From NCBI GenBank assembly GCA_964247055.1, contig OZ176053.1:2170001-2234000 (forward strand): DNA of 64,000 bases, given 5' to 3'. The DNA is from Paragordius varius (taxonomy: Eukaryota > Animalia > Nematomorpha). The notes beneath the pieces are model-generated. The model was not told where the DNA came from and searched no databases. It saw only the letters and a list, made by a program, of their open reading frames with translations. This document shows positions 38,309-51,742 of this stretch, piece by piece. The stretch's first letter is position 1. Every line of letters begins with the position of its first letter. Both the position numbers and the translations under genes were made by a program.

Positions 38309-41300
38309 CTTCTTCGCAACATATATCAGATGTGAAAGTGGTGGTTTCATTGATTGGTTTTTGGAAACGAAGCCATAAAATTGAATGATTATCATCATTA
38401 GAAGCTAGCAAAGAATCAAATGGGTATTGCCATAAAAGTTTCCCATGTTCCATAATATCATCGCCTTTTTATTTAACGCAAATTTTTGAAATTACAAAAA
38501 AAATTGTTTCTATAAATACCAAAAAAACCTAAAAACTAAAAGACTGATACAGTAAAATCGAAATTATAGAGACAAATATTTTTTCAAAAGTGGCTGTCCT
38601 TTTTTAAAATTGATTTTATCTAAAATATTCCTTGTTTAACTTGTAAAGCAGTAAGAAAAGAAATGTAAATTGGTTTATAGAAAAATCAAGAAAAAATGTA
38701 TGGTCATCTTATAAAAAGATTGAACTTATATTTGTACGTTAGTCCGTATAATTTCAATTTTTAATTGTTACAGCTAAAAGAAAAACCATACTCTTTTAAT
38801 CATCTTGATTCGTCGTACATAAACTATATATGAATTCATTTGAAATAATTATTAATTTTACAATTTAATTAAATATAAGAAAAATATAATTGTCTGTCTA
38901 AAAATATTTGTTCTTATAATTCCTCTTTTTTAGCTTTGTGTTTCAATTTTTATTAATTTTGATTAAAAAATAAAAAAATTTACAACTGTTTTATAAAGTT
39001 TGCGAAAAATTTACTAATTTCACTGTAAAAAGAATAATAATTGATCAAAATTTAGTGCATATAAATATATATGTATGTATATATTATATAAATATATAGT
39101 TAAAATAATTTTTTCGCTTATTTGCATTTAGTTATTAGATTTACACTTTACAGTAAATGTTACCGTGCAAATAAAACTGCGGTTCATATAAAATCACTGT
39201 ATTACGAAATAAAAAATTCCTTAAATTTAAATGCAATTTAAAATTCCAATAAACTAAACTTCGAAAACCAAATATACGTATGCATTTTAATGGTTGCTCA
39301 TTTCACACTATAGTAGGGCGATTTGTAATACAGTAGTGTATGGAAAAAACAACCAAATGTGATATAAACCATTATTTCCTTTCTTTTTTTTCATACACAC
39401 TTGTGTTGCGAATTGCTACTATAGTGTAAAATAAGAAACCATTAAAATACATATATATAATACCATTTACAATTCAAAATGACCTTGAACAATTCATATT
39501 CACCCTTGAACAATTTAAAATCACTCTAAAAATAAATTGAGTGTTTTCAGGCTAATTTAACACATCAATAATATAAAATATCTTCTTATGGGATAGTTTA
39601 TTTCAGTTTATTAATTTTAGACAAAATTTAATCTTTATAATATAAAAATATAGGTAATTTTTAATTTTAATGATTGTTCAAGAGTGAATATGAATTGTAA
39701 TTGGTATATATATACAAACCTAATTCATATATAGTCATAGATGCTTTTGAATTGGTAATATTAGGAGGTTTATTAATATTATCGCTATTATTTAAAGGTT
39801 CTTTTTCTGAACTAAATTTTGAAGTAAATCCATTATTAATTGACAAGGCATTTAGATTGGATTCATCGGTTGGGCATGTACATATGATAGAGGGAACTCG
39901 TTGTGCAATTCGTTGATCCAAATAATTGTCGATGGGAACTTTCAATTGATAAAGGGATAGGCCCAGCGAATAATTTATGCTAAGTTTGCAATCAACATTA
40001 TGCCATGTACAAACTAAACGAATAACAAAAAGTAAAAAATATTAATTATTAGGTTTAAGTAAAAAGGAATAATAAAACTATAATCTATTTTTAGTTGTTT
40101 TTTTTTCAAGGTGTTTTTTCATTCAAATACATAAATAATGGTTAAAAAAATATTAAAAAACTGACAAACACTTTTATGTTGATTATATTATTTAGTAGCT
40201 TGATTACAATATTTTTTGACTCCTAAGCGTATTAATTTACTAAAAAATCCTACATAGATAAAAATACCATATAACCTCAATAAATGGCCTTAATCTTGAT
40301 TATAAAAAGTAATATATAATGCTTTTTTGACTCAAAAAACTAACCACAATCAATTTCATGGATCCATTTAACGTTACGTAACATGGTTAAGTTAACGCTC
40401 TCAATCCATTCAAGTACATCTTTCCCATCTAACGTAGATTTATAAGTTAGCGTATGGATGCCAGATTTAGTACCTACTCTTGTACCAAACCATGTATTGT
40501 TTTTACGATTGTAAAATCTTTGTCGCACACTGTCACACAAGTTAAAAATGGGTGACAGTGTTGTCGCGTTTCGATTTGTATAATCCTGCGTAAGGGAACA
40601 AGATTGAGGAGAATTTAAATTTGATGTTTCTGTTAACAAAAAAATATAAAATGTTTTAACAAAAATATAAAAACTATTTATTATCATATTTATAAAAATA
40701 ATAATGGGGCTGTAATTTCTTTGACAAATTACGCATGCAGTCTTTCTTGAAAAATGTAAATTCACTTGATATAAATATTATAATTAGGATATTTTAGAGG
40801 CGAAAAATCAAAAATAATTCTTCTGCATTTTAAATAACAAATCTTATTTCCAGGGATAAAACATAGAATTAAAGTGACAATAAATTATATTTGCCAATTA
40901 ATATAACATATCACCCTGATATAATACTAATAAGCGTAAGTCAATAATTCAGATTTATTCGGAAAAATAACGATATAATGCATAAAAAATGAGATCGCTT
41001 ATATAATAGATTATTTAAATCTATTCTTGTTGGAAAAGAAGACGGATGTGATTATAATAATACATTGTAATGCATTTTAATATAAAACAATTCGGCGGAT
41101 CAAATGTTATTATGTTTGATAAAATGGTGCACAAATAATATAATATATCATTTCTCCTCGCTTTAAGAAAACGGATTATAGCCTTTTCGTTCTCGGAGAG
41201 AATAGCGTGCTTTCATGTCATCGGTATTTATCTCTGGCAAATTTATGTCAAGTTATATTGTTCAACCGACTTGTTAATTGATCTGCGTGTGTTTTCGCTA

Positions 41301-44300
41301 AATTTTATTTCAATCATTTGTATGGCAGTATAATATTCCTATTCTCTTAATCCCTTTCCCTTTTTCCTCCATCCCAATAATGTTTCATTTTTAATTAATA
41401 AAAAGTTTAATCACTGAGGAATTCCTGCAAAGGCGCATTAGTACTTTCATCTGTAAAATCTGATGGTAATGTTTTTAAATAAAGGATAACTAAAATCTAC
41501 CTTTTAAAGTTAAAGTATAATGAACAAAGTTTTACTTTGACTGTATGAATTGTTAATCATAACTCCATGAAATACTGTTTATTGTTTCTTAGCTTTGAAT
41601 TTTGTTTAAAAGGTTTAGATTGATCTACACGCTAAGCCATTTGTTCGTGGATGATAAGGACTTGACGTAACATGTTTAATGTTTAAATGTTTCAGGCTAT
41701 CCTGGAATCCGTGTTAAACAAAATACGTTGCATTGTCGCTTACTATTATTTCGGGAAAACCATATCTAGCAAATATTTTTCCAAACAATTAAAAATTGAC
41801 TTGCTTGTGATTTGTTTAACTAAAAGAACTTCCAACCACTGAAAGAGGCGTCATTTGTTACCAATCAGCACAAACCCATCAATAGGAAAAGGAAAAGTGA
41901 TTAAGAGAATAGGATTATTATACTACCATATACAGATGATGGAAATAAAATTCAGCGAAAACATGCGGATCAATTAAAAAAGTCGGTTGAGACAATCCCA
42001 CTTGACAAAGGAAATTACCGCAGTGAATGCCGTTTGTGAGTCGAATACAATCTTTGAAAGACAAGAAAAACGCTATCCTCTTCCAGAACAAAAACCCCTA
42101 ATCCATTTTATTAAAGCGGGGAAAAATGATATATTATGTTATTTGTGCATCATAATAGGATACACGCGCGTCATGATTCGACGAATTGCTTTATTATTAA
42201 AATGTAATATTGTATTCACTACCGTGTTCTTTTCAAAGAATAAAAATAATATGCTATATAAACGATCATTGTTTATAATCTATGCATTATATTCTTATAC
42301 TTCCGAATAAATCTAAATTATTATTCTCTCAGATAAACGACAAATAATTATATTTAAAAAGTTAAAAACTAATTTTAAAAAAGGGTATTGTCACATTAAT
42401 ATTTTGATATAACCATTTACAGTTCAAATTCACCTTCAACAATTCAAATTCATTCTCGAACAATTCAAATTTTCCCTCAAATAAATAACATGTTTTTTAA
42501 GATTAAAAATAACCTATATTTTAATATATTTTTTAAAAAAAATTTTGTTTTATATTAAAATAATACTGAAAAAAATAATTACATAAAGATATTTTATATT
42601 AATAATGAGTTACATTAGTTCGAAAACACATAATTGATTTTTAGGGTGAATTTGAATTGTTCGAGGGTGAATTTGAACTGTAAATGGTATATATAAACAA
42701 AACACAATACGTACAAGGACAATTTTTATTCATAAAAAACTTCAAATTTTTAATTATACCTATTTAAACATCATATAATTACATCTTTGCAAAACGTAAT
42801 TATATTTGTTACAATCTCTATTCCTTAGTCCGTAATGACCCAAAAAACCAAGATCGACAGAATATATGGAAATTTAGATAAAAACTTTAACTTTTTCTAT
42901 AGTTTCATAGATCTAATATAATTTATTTTAAATTTTTTGTTGAAAGTCAAAAATAAAAAAAAACTTTTTTTGTAAATTGTTGAGACATGGACATCAGATA
43001 ACCAATCCTCCTCTTCAGTTATAACTGTATCGTTTTTGGACATTTCGTTTTCATTTTTGCAATTATTAGTATTGCCATTTAACAAATATTTTTCATCGTT
43101 TTCCAGGTTAATAACCGCCGGACTAGATTCGAGATAAGTCCTTTAAAAGCAAAAAATATATAAGGGGTGCGAAGATAGTAGGTATTAATATTATATTTAA
43201 TGACAAAACGTAATAAAAATAATATAAAGAACAAATAGAGTAAAAATTGAAATTATACGGACAAAATGTAAAATATAAAGACAATTTTTTTTTTAAAATA
43301 AAACCATACTTTCAAAAACCTTAATTTTTCGCATACAAATTTTTTAATTAAATTTGTAAAACATATAATGATGGATTGTGTTACTAATTTACATCTTTAT
43401 TCTATACTATGCAATTTAAAACGAAAGTCATATTTAAATAAACCTTAAAGACTCTGATTTTTTTAAAAAAAAGTCCGTAAAATTCCAATTTTTACTGTAT
43501 ATTTGAAAAAAAAACAACTATATAAAAATTAAAGGAGACAAATATTTCTATTAAAAAAACCAACCATACTTTTCAAAACATCTATAATTTTAGAATAAAT
43601 AAGAGAAAAACACATTATTACCAAGTAATTTATAGACTTTAATATATTTCATATTAGTTATTTTCATAAAGAAAAAATCAGAGCTTGAAAAGGGTATGGC
43701 TGCCTTTTCAATATTTTGTCTTTATAATCTTATTATTTTATTTATGCAAAAAACGAAGTAATTGGGTTCATCAAATTGTTCTTATAATGTACACTAATGG
43801 TATTTAAAATGATATAATTTAATAGTACAATACTGACACCAATTTAAATTTTTATGTTGCCCATGTATATTCTGAATATATCCAAAAAAAATAATTTTAA
43901 TAAAATAAATTTATTTTAATGTTGCTTTAACATACTAATAGCGTGGTGGCACTATTTAAATAGAAATAAAATTTTAAATTTTTTCGTAAACCGTTTTTCA
44001 AGTTTTTAAGCTCAGTTAGAAATTTAAATTAATTGATTTAAATTATTCAAACGCATTACAATACAAAGCTAAAACCATAAAAAATAAAATAAAAACCTAG
44101 AAGATATTAATGGTATGATATAGAGTGGATTTTGCCAATCTTTTTCAATCCATGGAGCCTGTTCATAAGCAAATATATTTTTTTCAGTTAAAACTAAAAA
44201 AATTGGTTTCCCTGGTTGTTCGTTCTTGGTGTTTTCATCCTACAAAATTAAAACAGAAATGTATGGTAAAAAACACCAAATGGTTTAAAATGAAAATTTT

Positions 44301-46177
44301 TTCTATATTTTAACTATTAATTTAATATATTTGATGAGATACAACCATTTTCTACCACATAAGCTATATATATATATATATACAACTTTGAATAAGCAAA
44401 ATGCATAGCATATACATATAAAATAGAAAAAGGTTTAATTACATCTTTTAATGTCCAAAAATATTTCACATAGGCATTTAAATTAAATTTACACATTTTC
44501 ACGATTAAAAAAAGTAGTTATAAAAGTAAAAAACTTGTTGTTGAAAGAACCATCGCATAAGTAGTATGGAACCTGGGCCTCCAAACCCTAAAACGCCATA
44601 AAAAGTGTCATTCAAAAAGGTGACACAATGTTGAACAAGGACATTCTGATAGTGTTGGGTATGACAAGCAAATTCAAACGCTGTGAATACATTATCAAAC
44701 CTCAACAATACATTGTAAAGTAAATCACATGAACAAATTTCACAAATGACACCACCTCTTGTTATTGCATTTTTAACATTTTTGCAATTCTCTCGAGACG
44801 ACGTGGCATAAGAGCTTACATTATGTGGACTGTAAAGCAGCTTAGATTGCTCATCATTTTTGTCAAAATTCAAGTTGGTAAAAGATAAAAGCAAGGGTAT
44901 ACGCTTACAATCATAACCACCATTTGAATTTGAATATGATATATTATTAGGATTTGTTGTATGATAATAGTTAGTATTATTATTGTTAATATTAGGTCCA
45001 GTGGGAAATGGTTTATGAGGTAACATATAATCACATTTCCCTTCCATACTCCATCCTATGGCATTCAAAATGGTGGATTTAATGAAATACGGCGTAATTT
45101 CACCATTGTATTGCACTATGTATAATATGAATATATATATATATAGATCTAGATAAGTGAAACAAAGGTGTAAAATACAATAAATTGCTTAACAGCTGTC
45201 CGCATATGAGAAATATATGGGCATTTATATAAATATTTTGTTAGAATTCACAAATAACATAATTGTAAAAAATTTAAGAGACAATGTAATTGCCATGTAT
45301 TTACCCACCAATTTTTGCTACTAGTTTGTGGACAAAATATAGAAAGAATTTATGGAACATTTTTAAAATATCAATTTTACCAGGATATCGGAAATATTTT
45401 TTGATAAAATCATAGATTATTTTTCAATTAACTTCTTTTTTAATTATGGTAATTAACAAAGGTTTGATATTATTTCTAATAAAAGGTAACGTATCGGCTA
45501 AAAAGGAAACACTATTTTTGATTTTGTTTATTCTAGTTTTATGAAAAAAATATTTTTTTTTAAATGTGTAGTTAAAGAGGATGAACTTTGTAAGTTTTTT
45601 TTACATAAAGGTGGTTTTTTCAAAAACATTATTACACAAAAAATTTGGGCCTATATTTTTGATATATAAAATTTTATAAACCGGTACATTTTTTACTTTT
45701 TGTAAAACAGATATTTAGCGAAATTGGTAAACGCAAAAAAATACCTTTTAATCGTACATTATCACCGGAATGTTTTAGGGCATTCACAGCTTCCAAATGG
45801 GTTATGTTTGTAAAATTTACATCATTCACTTGTAATATAACGTCCCCAACATAAAGTTGATTGGATTTGTCTGCGGCCAAACCTTTGAATATTTTACTAA
45901 TTATTATAGGCATATTGTTTTCACTGCCACCTTTAATGCTTATTCCTAAACCTTCATCAGGCGTTTTGTCCAAAATGACTTCTCTAATGTCCTCATTTAC
46001 TTCAAAAGGAGCAATATGATGTTCGGAATTAAAGAGTTTATAGATATCTTTGTAAACTTCCAAATCATCTGATAGTTTGATAACTAAACAATAATCTTGA
46101 ATTTTTATGGTGGCTTTGATCCATAAATTTTGACGAACATAAACTTCCACGGGATACAATTTCGTTTCATTATGCAT
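38309..46177 (-). CDS. Syntrophin (alpha/beta type): split PH1, PDZ, PH2 and SU domains; middle and terminal exons only partly resolved
   Basis: Exon 46177-45745 contains PDZ GLGISIKGGSENNMPIIISKIFKGLAAD. Further exons: 45115-44551 (QYNGEITPYF, KRIPL, CEICSCD), 43140 to about 42965, about 40633-40345 (FGTRVGTKSGI), 40013-39720 (VCTWHNVDCKLSI), 38464-38309 (LLWQYPFDSL..SNDD). The PH2 exon(s) near 40700-40900 and the last exon near 38100-38260 were not resolved. Confidence 0.88.
39276..39455. repeat. About 180-bp palindromic element (family H)
   Basis: ATGCATTTTAATGGTTGCTCATTTCACACTATAGTAG pairs with CTACTATAGTGTAAAATAAGAAACCATTAAAATACAT. Its inner motif GTAATACAGTAGTGTATG recurs in both orientations at 15270-15610 and 16228-16248. 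Confidence 0.65.
40944..42342. mobile_element. Gypsy-type LTR retrotransposon relic with inverted-duplicated 3' end (integrase C-terminus, PPT, LTR) in a syntrophin intron
   Basis: Spacer minus strand: IFARYGFPEIIVSDNATYF..LNIKHVTSSPYHPRTNGLA (rve core). Arms about 40944-41385 and 41880-42323 with perfect inverted anchors (41337-41352/41899-41914, 40951-40964/42301-42314). The right arm carries GKVIKRIG..RKHADQLKK and the purine tract AAAGCGGGGAAAAA followed by TG at 42127; the tract is mirrored at 41151-41164. Confidence 0.8.
42409..42691. mobile_element. MITE family B copy next to the Gypsy hairpin
   Basis: TAACCATTTACAGTTCAAATTCACC ... GGGTGAATTTGAACTGTAAATGGTATA. Confidence 0.8.
43236..43499. 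mobile_element. MITE family A copy in a syntrophin intron
   Basis: TAAAAATTGAAATTATACGGACAAAATG ... GTCCGTAAAATTCCAATTTTTACTGTA. Confidence 0.8.
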
Positions 46178-46241
46178 TACGAAAAACGAACCAGGTCAAA
46201 AAACCTCAGGTAAGGTTTTAAATTACATTCATTTGTATCAT
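46178..46241. promoter_or_regulatory. Putative bidirectional promoter region, syntrophin / GOT2
   Basis: 64 nt between the syntrophin ATG (46177) and the GOT2 ATG (46242). Contains a strong donor AG|GTAAGG at 46209/46210. Confidence 0.5.
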
Positions 46242-49200
46242 ATGCTTTTGGTTTATAACACGCGTTGTTTGAAGCTGGTCCGTTTTAAGTATAATATATA
46301 TTTGGATTAACAAAAAATAGATCTCTTTGGACAGCTGTGGAAAAAGGACCACCCGATGCCATTCTTGGAATAACTGAGGCATTTATAAAAGATACGAATC
46401 CAAACAAAATAAATTTGGGGGCCGGGACCTATCGAGATGATAATAATCGTCCATATGTGCTAGAATGTGTCAAGGAAGCTGAAAAAAATATGTTTGCCAA
46501 AAATTTGGATAAAGAATATACCACAATAGCAGGAATACCCGAATTCTGTCGATTATCGGCAAAACTTGCATTTGGTGATAGTAATCCCCACATTAAAAAT
46601 AATCAGGTATATTGCAGCTCACCATATCCGTTGTGTATGTTTTATCTAAAATTTTGATTTTTTTGACTATTTCAGAAAAAATGAAATTACTATAAATTCT
46701 TATTTTTATCAAGAAAAAAATATGCTTGATTTTAAATCAAACGAATCTTTTATTTATATGAAAAAATCAAGCTTAAATAAAACCTCTCTATATATTATAT
46801 TGTATTATTATTTAAAGATATTAAAAAATAATTTTTTTATAAACTACGCCCAAAAATTTTAAAAATTCAAATAATTTTTTTATTAACAATAATTAATTAC
46901 AGAAAAATGGTAATTGGTTACAATTATTCATTCATACTCATCATGTCAAAACCTTATGTAGAATTGCATATTTTTGACAATTTATTTCTTTTTTTAGGTT
47001 GCCACTGTTCAATCATTGTCAGGTACTGGTGCTTTAAGGATAGCGGCATCTTTCTTAGTAATCCTTTTTTTCTATTAATTTTTGCTTTTTCAAACTTTAA
47101 TTACAGTGTGGTTTTCCTTTCTTCTACAATAAGTGCCGACATGTAGGATTAAATATATGGTTTAATATTCGCTTTATTATACTTTTTGTTAGAAAAATAT
47201 GTAAAACTTTGTTTGTATTCTTCTATAAAATTTAATCAATATTAATGTTTAATATATTAATCTAAAAAATTCTAAATTATGTAGATATTTATAAAAAATA
47301 TGATATAATTGCATTTTACTATTCTTTTTGGTTTATTTTGGTGGTTCTATAATACAACTTATGGGGTTTGTAAGAAAATTGTTTGCAACTAAACGCTTAT
47401 AACATTAAAATAAAGAGAAGCCTTCTTATTAAATTAATCAGAAAAAGTGTGTAATAATGAGCATAAGATATAATGATGGGTGGCGCTATAAAATAAGTCA
47501 TTTTTTTATTTATTTTATAAATATATGTATAAAAATATGTTTAGTTTGTTCCTTTATTCAAGGAATTAATTCATCCAGCCAGTTGTTTTTTGTCCTTTTT
47601 TACTAACCTCCAATTCACTTTTTCCAGCATCTCATTTGAGTCAGTCGAATCACTCATATGTGAAAACCGAAGTAAAGCACAATCTTTGACGTATTAGGTT
47701 GGCATACGAACGATTAATAAATTCCTTCAAATTATGGATATGAACGAAACTTGTTTTCAAACATAATGTGGTTAGACAAAATTCCCAACTCTATACTATT
47801 TTGAACAAAATTAATCCCGAAATATTCCTTGGCAGCGTAATATGTCAAAAACTGTCTTACTCGGTTACTTTATGAGATTCTATCCATTAAAAAAGTGACT
47901 GTGATGATTGGGAAAATAGGGTTTTTGTAAAAACGACCGCTAGATCTGGTAAAGAAGAAGTTATGTTATTTCCAATGTTGAAGTTATTTGTAATTAAATT
48001 TTAGCAATAACAACATAAAAATATTTTGATATCAATGTAATTAATTTTAAATGGAAAATTAAGTATGTCAGTTTGAATTAAGAAAACGAATATTATTTGT
48101 ATTATAATTTTGTACATATATTCTCTTTAAATTTGTCAATATAAACTAGAAAATAAAAAAATAAAGCCTTAAAATTTTAAGGGTTTATTTAAATGGTAAA
48201 ATAAATTAAAATGGAGGAATTAAAAAAAGATCAATTTAATAAAAATGAGGAAACAAAAAAAATCAATTAAATTTATTTTTTACTGCGCAGAAATCATTTT
48301 ATCCGATATCGAAAAAAGTGGTGTTTATGCCTTCACCCACATGGGCCAACCATCACAATATATTCCGTCAAGCCGGTTTTGATGACATTAAACATTATCG
48401 ATACTATGATTACAAAACTAATCGACTTGATAAGCATGGAATGTTATCGGATCTTAAAGTAACACATTTTTGGGGGGTGAGGGGGCATTTTAAATTGAAT
48501 TATATTTTCAAAAGATTATAAACTCTAACTGCTCCAAAGTTATAAGATTAAATGATATGGCTGTTTAAAAATTATTTGGGGATTAAATTCAAAGTGGTTA
48601 TCTTATATAACTTACTCTTACTAAATTTTTAAAACATATATTTTTCTGCTATTATTATATTTTGTATTTATTATTATATCACCTATAAACTGATCATTCA
48701 AAAGCTTTCCTATAAAAGACTTTTTCTGTCATCAATTGACTAAATTAATTTTACATCAATAGTTTGTCAATTTGTTGACCAGTTTTTTATAATATGAATT
48801 TGGGCATTTTGCAAATACTTAGGGGTAATTAGTAATAATATCAAGCCACTTCTATCCAAATCAAGGAAATGGTTGCCTAAATTTTAATTTAAAGAGTATA
48901 GAGATCCTTAGTTTAATACAGGGATATTTAACACAAATATTTTTGCGGCTGCTTTATAATTTTTGGTTTTTTATATTATCTTCTAAATAATCGTAATATT
49001 TTTGATTTATATATATATATATATATATATATTAGAGTTTTCCATCTCATTCCATTATATTGTTACATGCGTGTGCACATAATCCGACTGGTGTGGATCC
49101 CAACGTAAAACCTTTTAAATTTAAAATTTTATTTTTATCTTGAAGTTTAAATGTAAAAAAAAGTTTGCAAAAAAAAACTTTTCTAAACTCTACATATCTA

Positions 49201-51742
49201 ATAAGAAATTGTTGTCAGTATAGATAGCGTTTATTGCAATAAACATATAATTTTTATTGTAAAATATTTTTTACTAGGGATCTTTAATTTTTTGGAAATA
49301 AATATGGGTCACTCTGCAAGAATTTAAATGTTCTTAATTTTGATTACTAATCTTTGGCAAATACAATTTAATCTTACCGTTACTACTTATTTGTATCATA
49401 AAAGTTTTTTTTACTAATTATTGCTACCTATATGAAATTTAAGGGATTATTTACAGTGAAATTAAAATTATACGGACAAAGCGTAAGAATATAAGGACAA
49501 ATGTGATTCACACAAGGCAACTATACTTTTTTATTGCTTAATTTTTTATATATAAATTATTTAAATACGATTGTAAATTATATATATGCAAACAATAAGA
49601 TATATTTAAAAATGTATCAAGTTTAAAAAGTTTGCAGTTGCGTTTTGAAAAAAAATATTTGTCTTTATATTTTTACGATTAGTCCGTATATAATCCAATT
49701 TTCCTGTATTAAATATGGTCAAATCATAACGAAGGATTATACACTGCAAAATTTTAAATTACAAAATAAAATTTGACACGTTTCTATTTGTTCTCAAACG
49801 TTATAAAATAATCTGAACTTAAAATAATTTTAATTTATATTTAATATGCCATTTTTATGACATTTCCAAAGCAAAATTGCCAAAATTATAAAAAAATAGG
49901 CTAATATTAATTATATTACATTACATATCTTTAGGAAAATGATTGGAATGAAATACTAGAAGTTATGAAAGAAAAAGAACATTTTCCCTTCTTTGATATG
50001 GCTTACCAGGGTTTTGCTTCGGGTGACATATCTCGAGATGCTTTGGCCATCCGGTTGTTTTTGGAAAAGGGGGCGGTTTCATCGCTGGCTTTGGCACAAT
50101 CGTATGCCAAAAATATGGGATTATACGGTACCGTTGTAATTTGTATTTTAGTTTATATCTAAAATGTTTTAATTGATTTTAAAAAATTATTTTTTAAGCA
50201 AATGTAGGATCTATTTAGTGTAAATGACATTTTTTTGTTAAAAAATTATTTTTGCGGGTTCAATGCGGAAAAAAACATTATTTAGAAGTTCTTATCCGTA
50301 TTGATTTAACATCTTTACCTTTTGAATCAATTAAGTAAATTTTTTTCGCTCGTAAAATATTCTTTTGTTTAAAGGTTTACTTTATGGCCAGTATTTTTAA
50401 ATTATTTAATATGAGTATATTGAGAATATATAAGATCTTTTTTCAAATAGAGATACTGTAATTTTAACACATATATGTAGATGCTATATTAATGTTGAAA
50501 AAAAAATCTTTTATTATAACATTAACTTTCATTCATAGGGGAAAGAATTGGTGCGCTATCTTTCATAACACGAGATAAAGATGAAACTGAACGTATCCTA
50601 AGTCAACTCAAAATCATTATACGGCCAATGTATTCGAACCCGCCCATACATGGGGCTCGAATAGTACAATCTATACTATCAGATCCTATTCTATATGCCA
50701 AATGGTATTTTTTTTAATAAAATTGTATATAAATAAATTTTGGTTTGCAAGAAAGCTTTTTTTATTTTATTCTCAAACAGATATGTTTATAGGAATGTGT
50801 TAATGTTTTAGTAAAAGGCAAATGGAAAAAAAAATTAGGAAATTAATCAGTCTATACAATATTTTATAAGGTTCAAAAATGGTGCTTTGTTTTTCAAAAA
50901 ACAAAACAAAATTCATTTTAAGTGATTAAAAATTGTTCAAATCCAAAGATTGAACCGATTTAAAATCGGGGGTATGCGTAAGATTTTCTTTTTTAAAAAT
51001 TGCAAGTTAATTTTTTGTAATGCTGTTGAACGACACCAGGTTAAAAGAAGTGAAAATGATGGCAAATCGCATAATTGATGTTCGGAAACAACTTGTATCC
51101 AAACTTAATGCATTGGCCCATGGGGAAAATGTTAAAACTAAACGAGATTGGAGCCATATACAGTAAAAATTATGATTTATCTAAAGACTCTAAATAAAAA
51201 GTTTAAAATTACTAATTTTTAGTCTTGATTTTTATCTTAAAAATACCTAGATTTAACTCGCTATTAAATCTTTCATATCTTACAATAGGTTTTATCTAAA
51301 ATTTAAGGCTGAAAAAATATACATTTTTTATAACTTATTTTTTATGGTTTTAATAATAATTTTATATTTTTTACGGTTAGAAATCAGATTGGGATGTTTT
51401 GTTACACTGGATTGACCCCAACCGAAGTAATTTTTAACATTTTATTTTTAATAAATATACTTTGAAATAAAAAAATATTATCGCAATTAAATTTTTACCC
51501 TTTTCATTGATTTCCAATTTATGTTTGGTAACTACTTTAATTTTTTGCATTATTTTTAAAAATGTTTGAAATATATTAAATATCTTTTACGTATATATAA
51601 TAAATTAACAAAGGTGGAAAAATTGAGGAAAAATTTTTCGATATACCTTACAAACGATGGTCGTATATCAATTGCAGGAGTTAATTCCAAAAATTTGGAT
51701 TATTTAGCTCAAGCTATACATTCGGTCACAACTCACAAATGA
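46242..51742 (+). CDS. GOT2: Aspartate aminotransferase, mitochondrial type, 428 aa
   Basis: Exons 46242-46288, 46321-46606, 46998-47057, 48291-48458, 49036-49104, 49935-50127, 50539-50704, 51040-51162, 51381-51426, 51614-51742 (1287 nt). Motifs: [65 protein letters not shown] (PLP lysine), [29 protein letters not shown]-terminus is basic/hydrophobic with no acidic residues, like a presequence. Confidence 0.96.
49452..49708. mobile_element. MITE family A copy in GOT2 intron 5
   Basis: TACAGTGAAATTAAAATTATACGGACAAAGCG ... GTCTTTATATTTTTACGATTAGTCCGTATA..TTCCTGTA. Confidence 0.8.

Noticed and set aside
41987-42310. 107-aa ORF in the right arm of the Gypsy hairpin
   Set aside because: Spans the PPT and LTR-like region, and the mirrored arm does not keep the frame.
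47560-48000. GC-richer stretch in GOT2 intron 3, possibly a decayed integrase or LINE
   Set aside because: All frames are broken and no diagnostic motif could be assigned with confidence.
29997-51742. Possible stop-codon reassignment suggested by frequent in-frame stops in the ORF track
   Set aside because: The fully resolved genes translate in the standard code once the tiny introns are removed.
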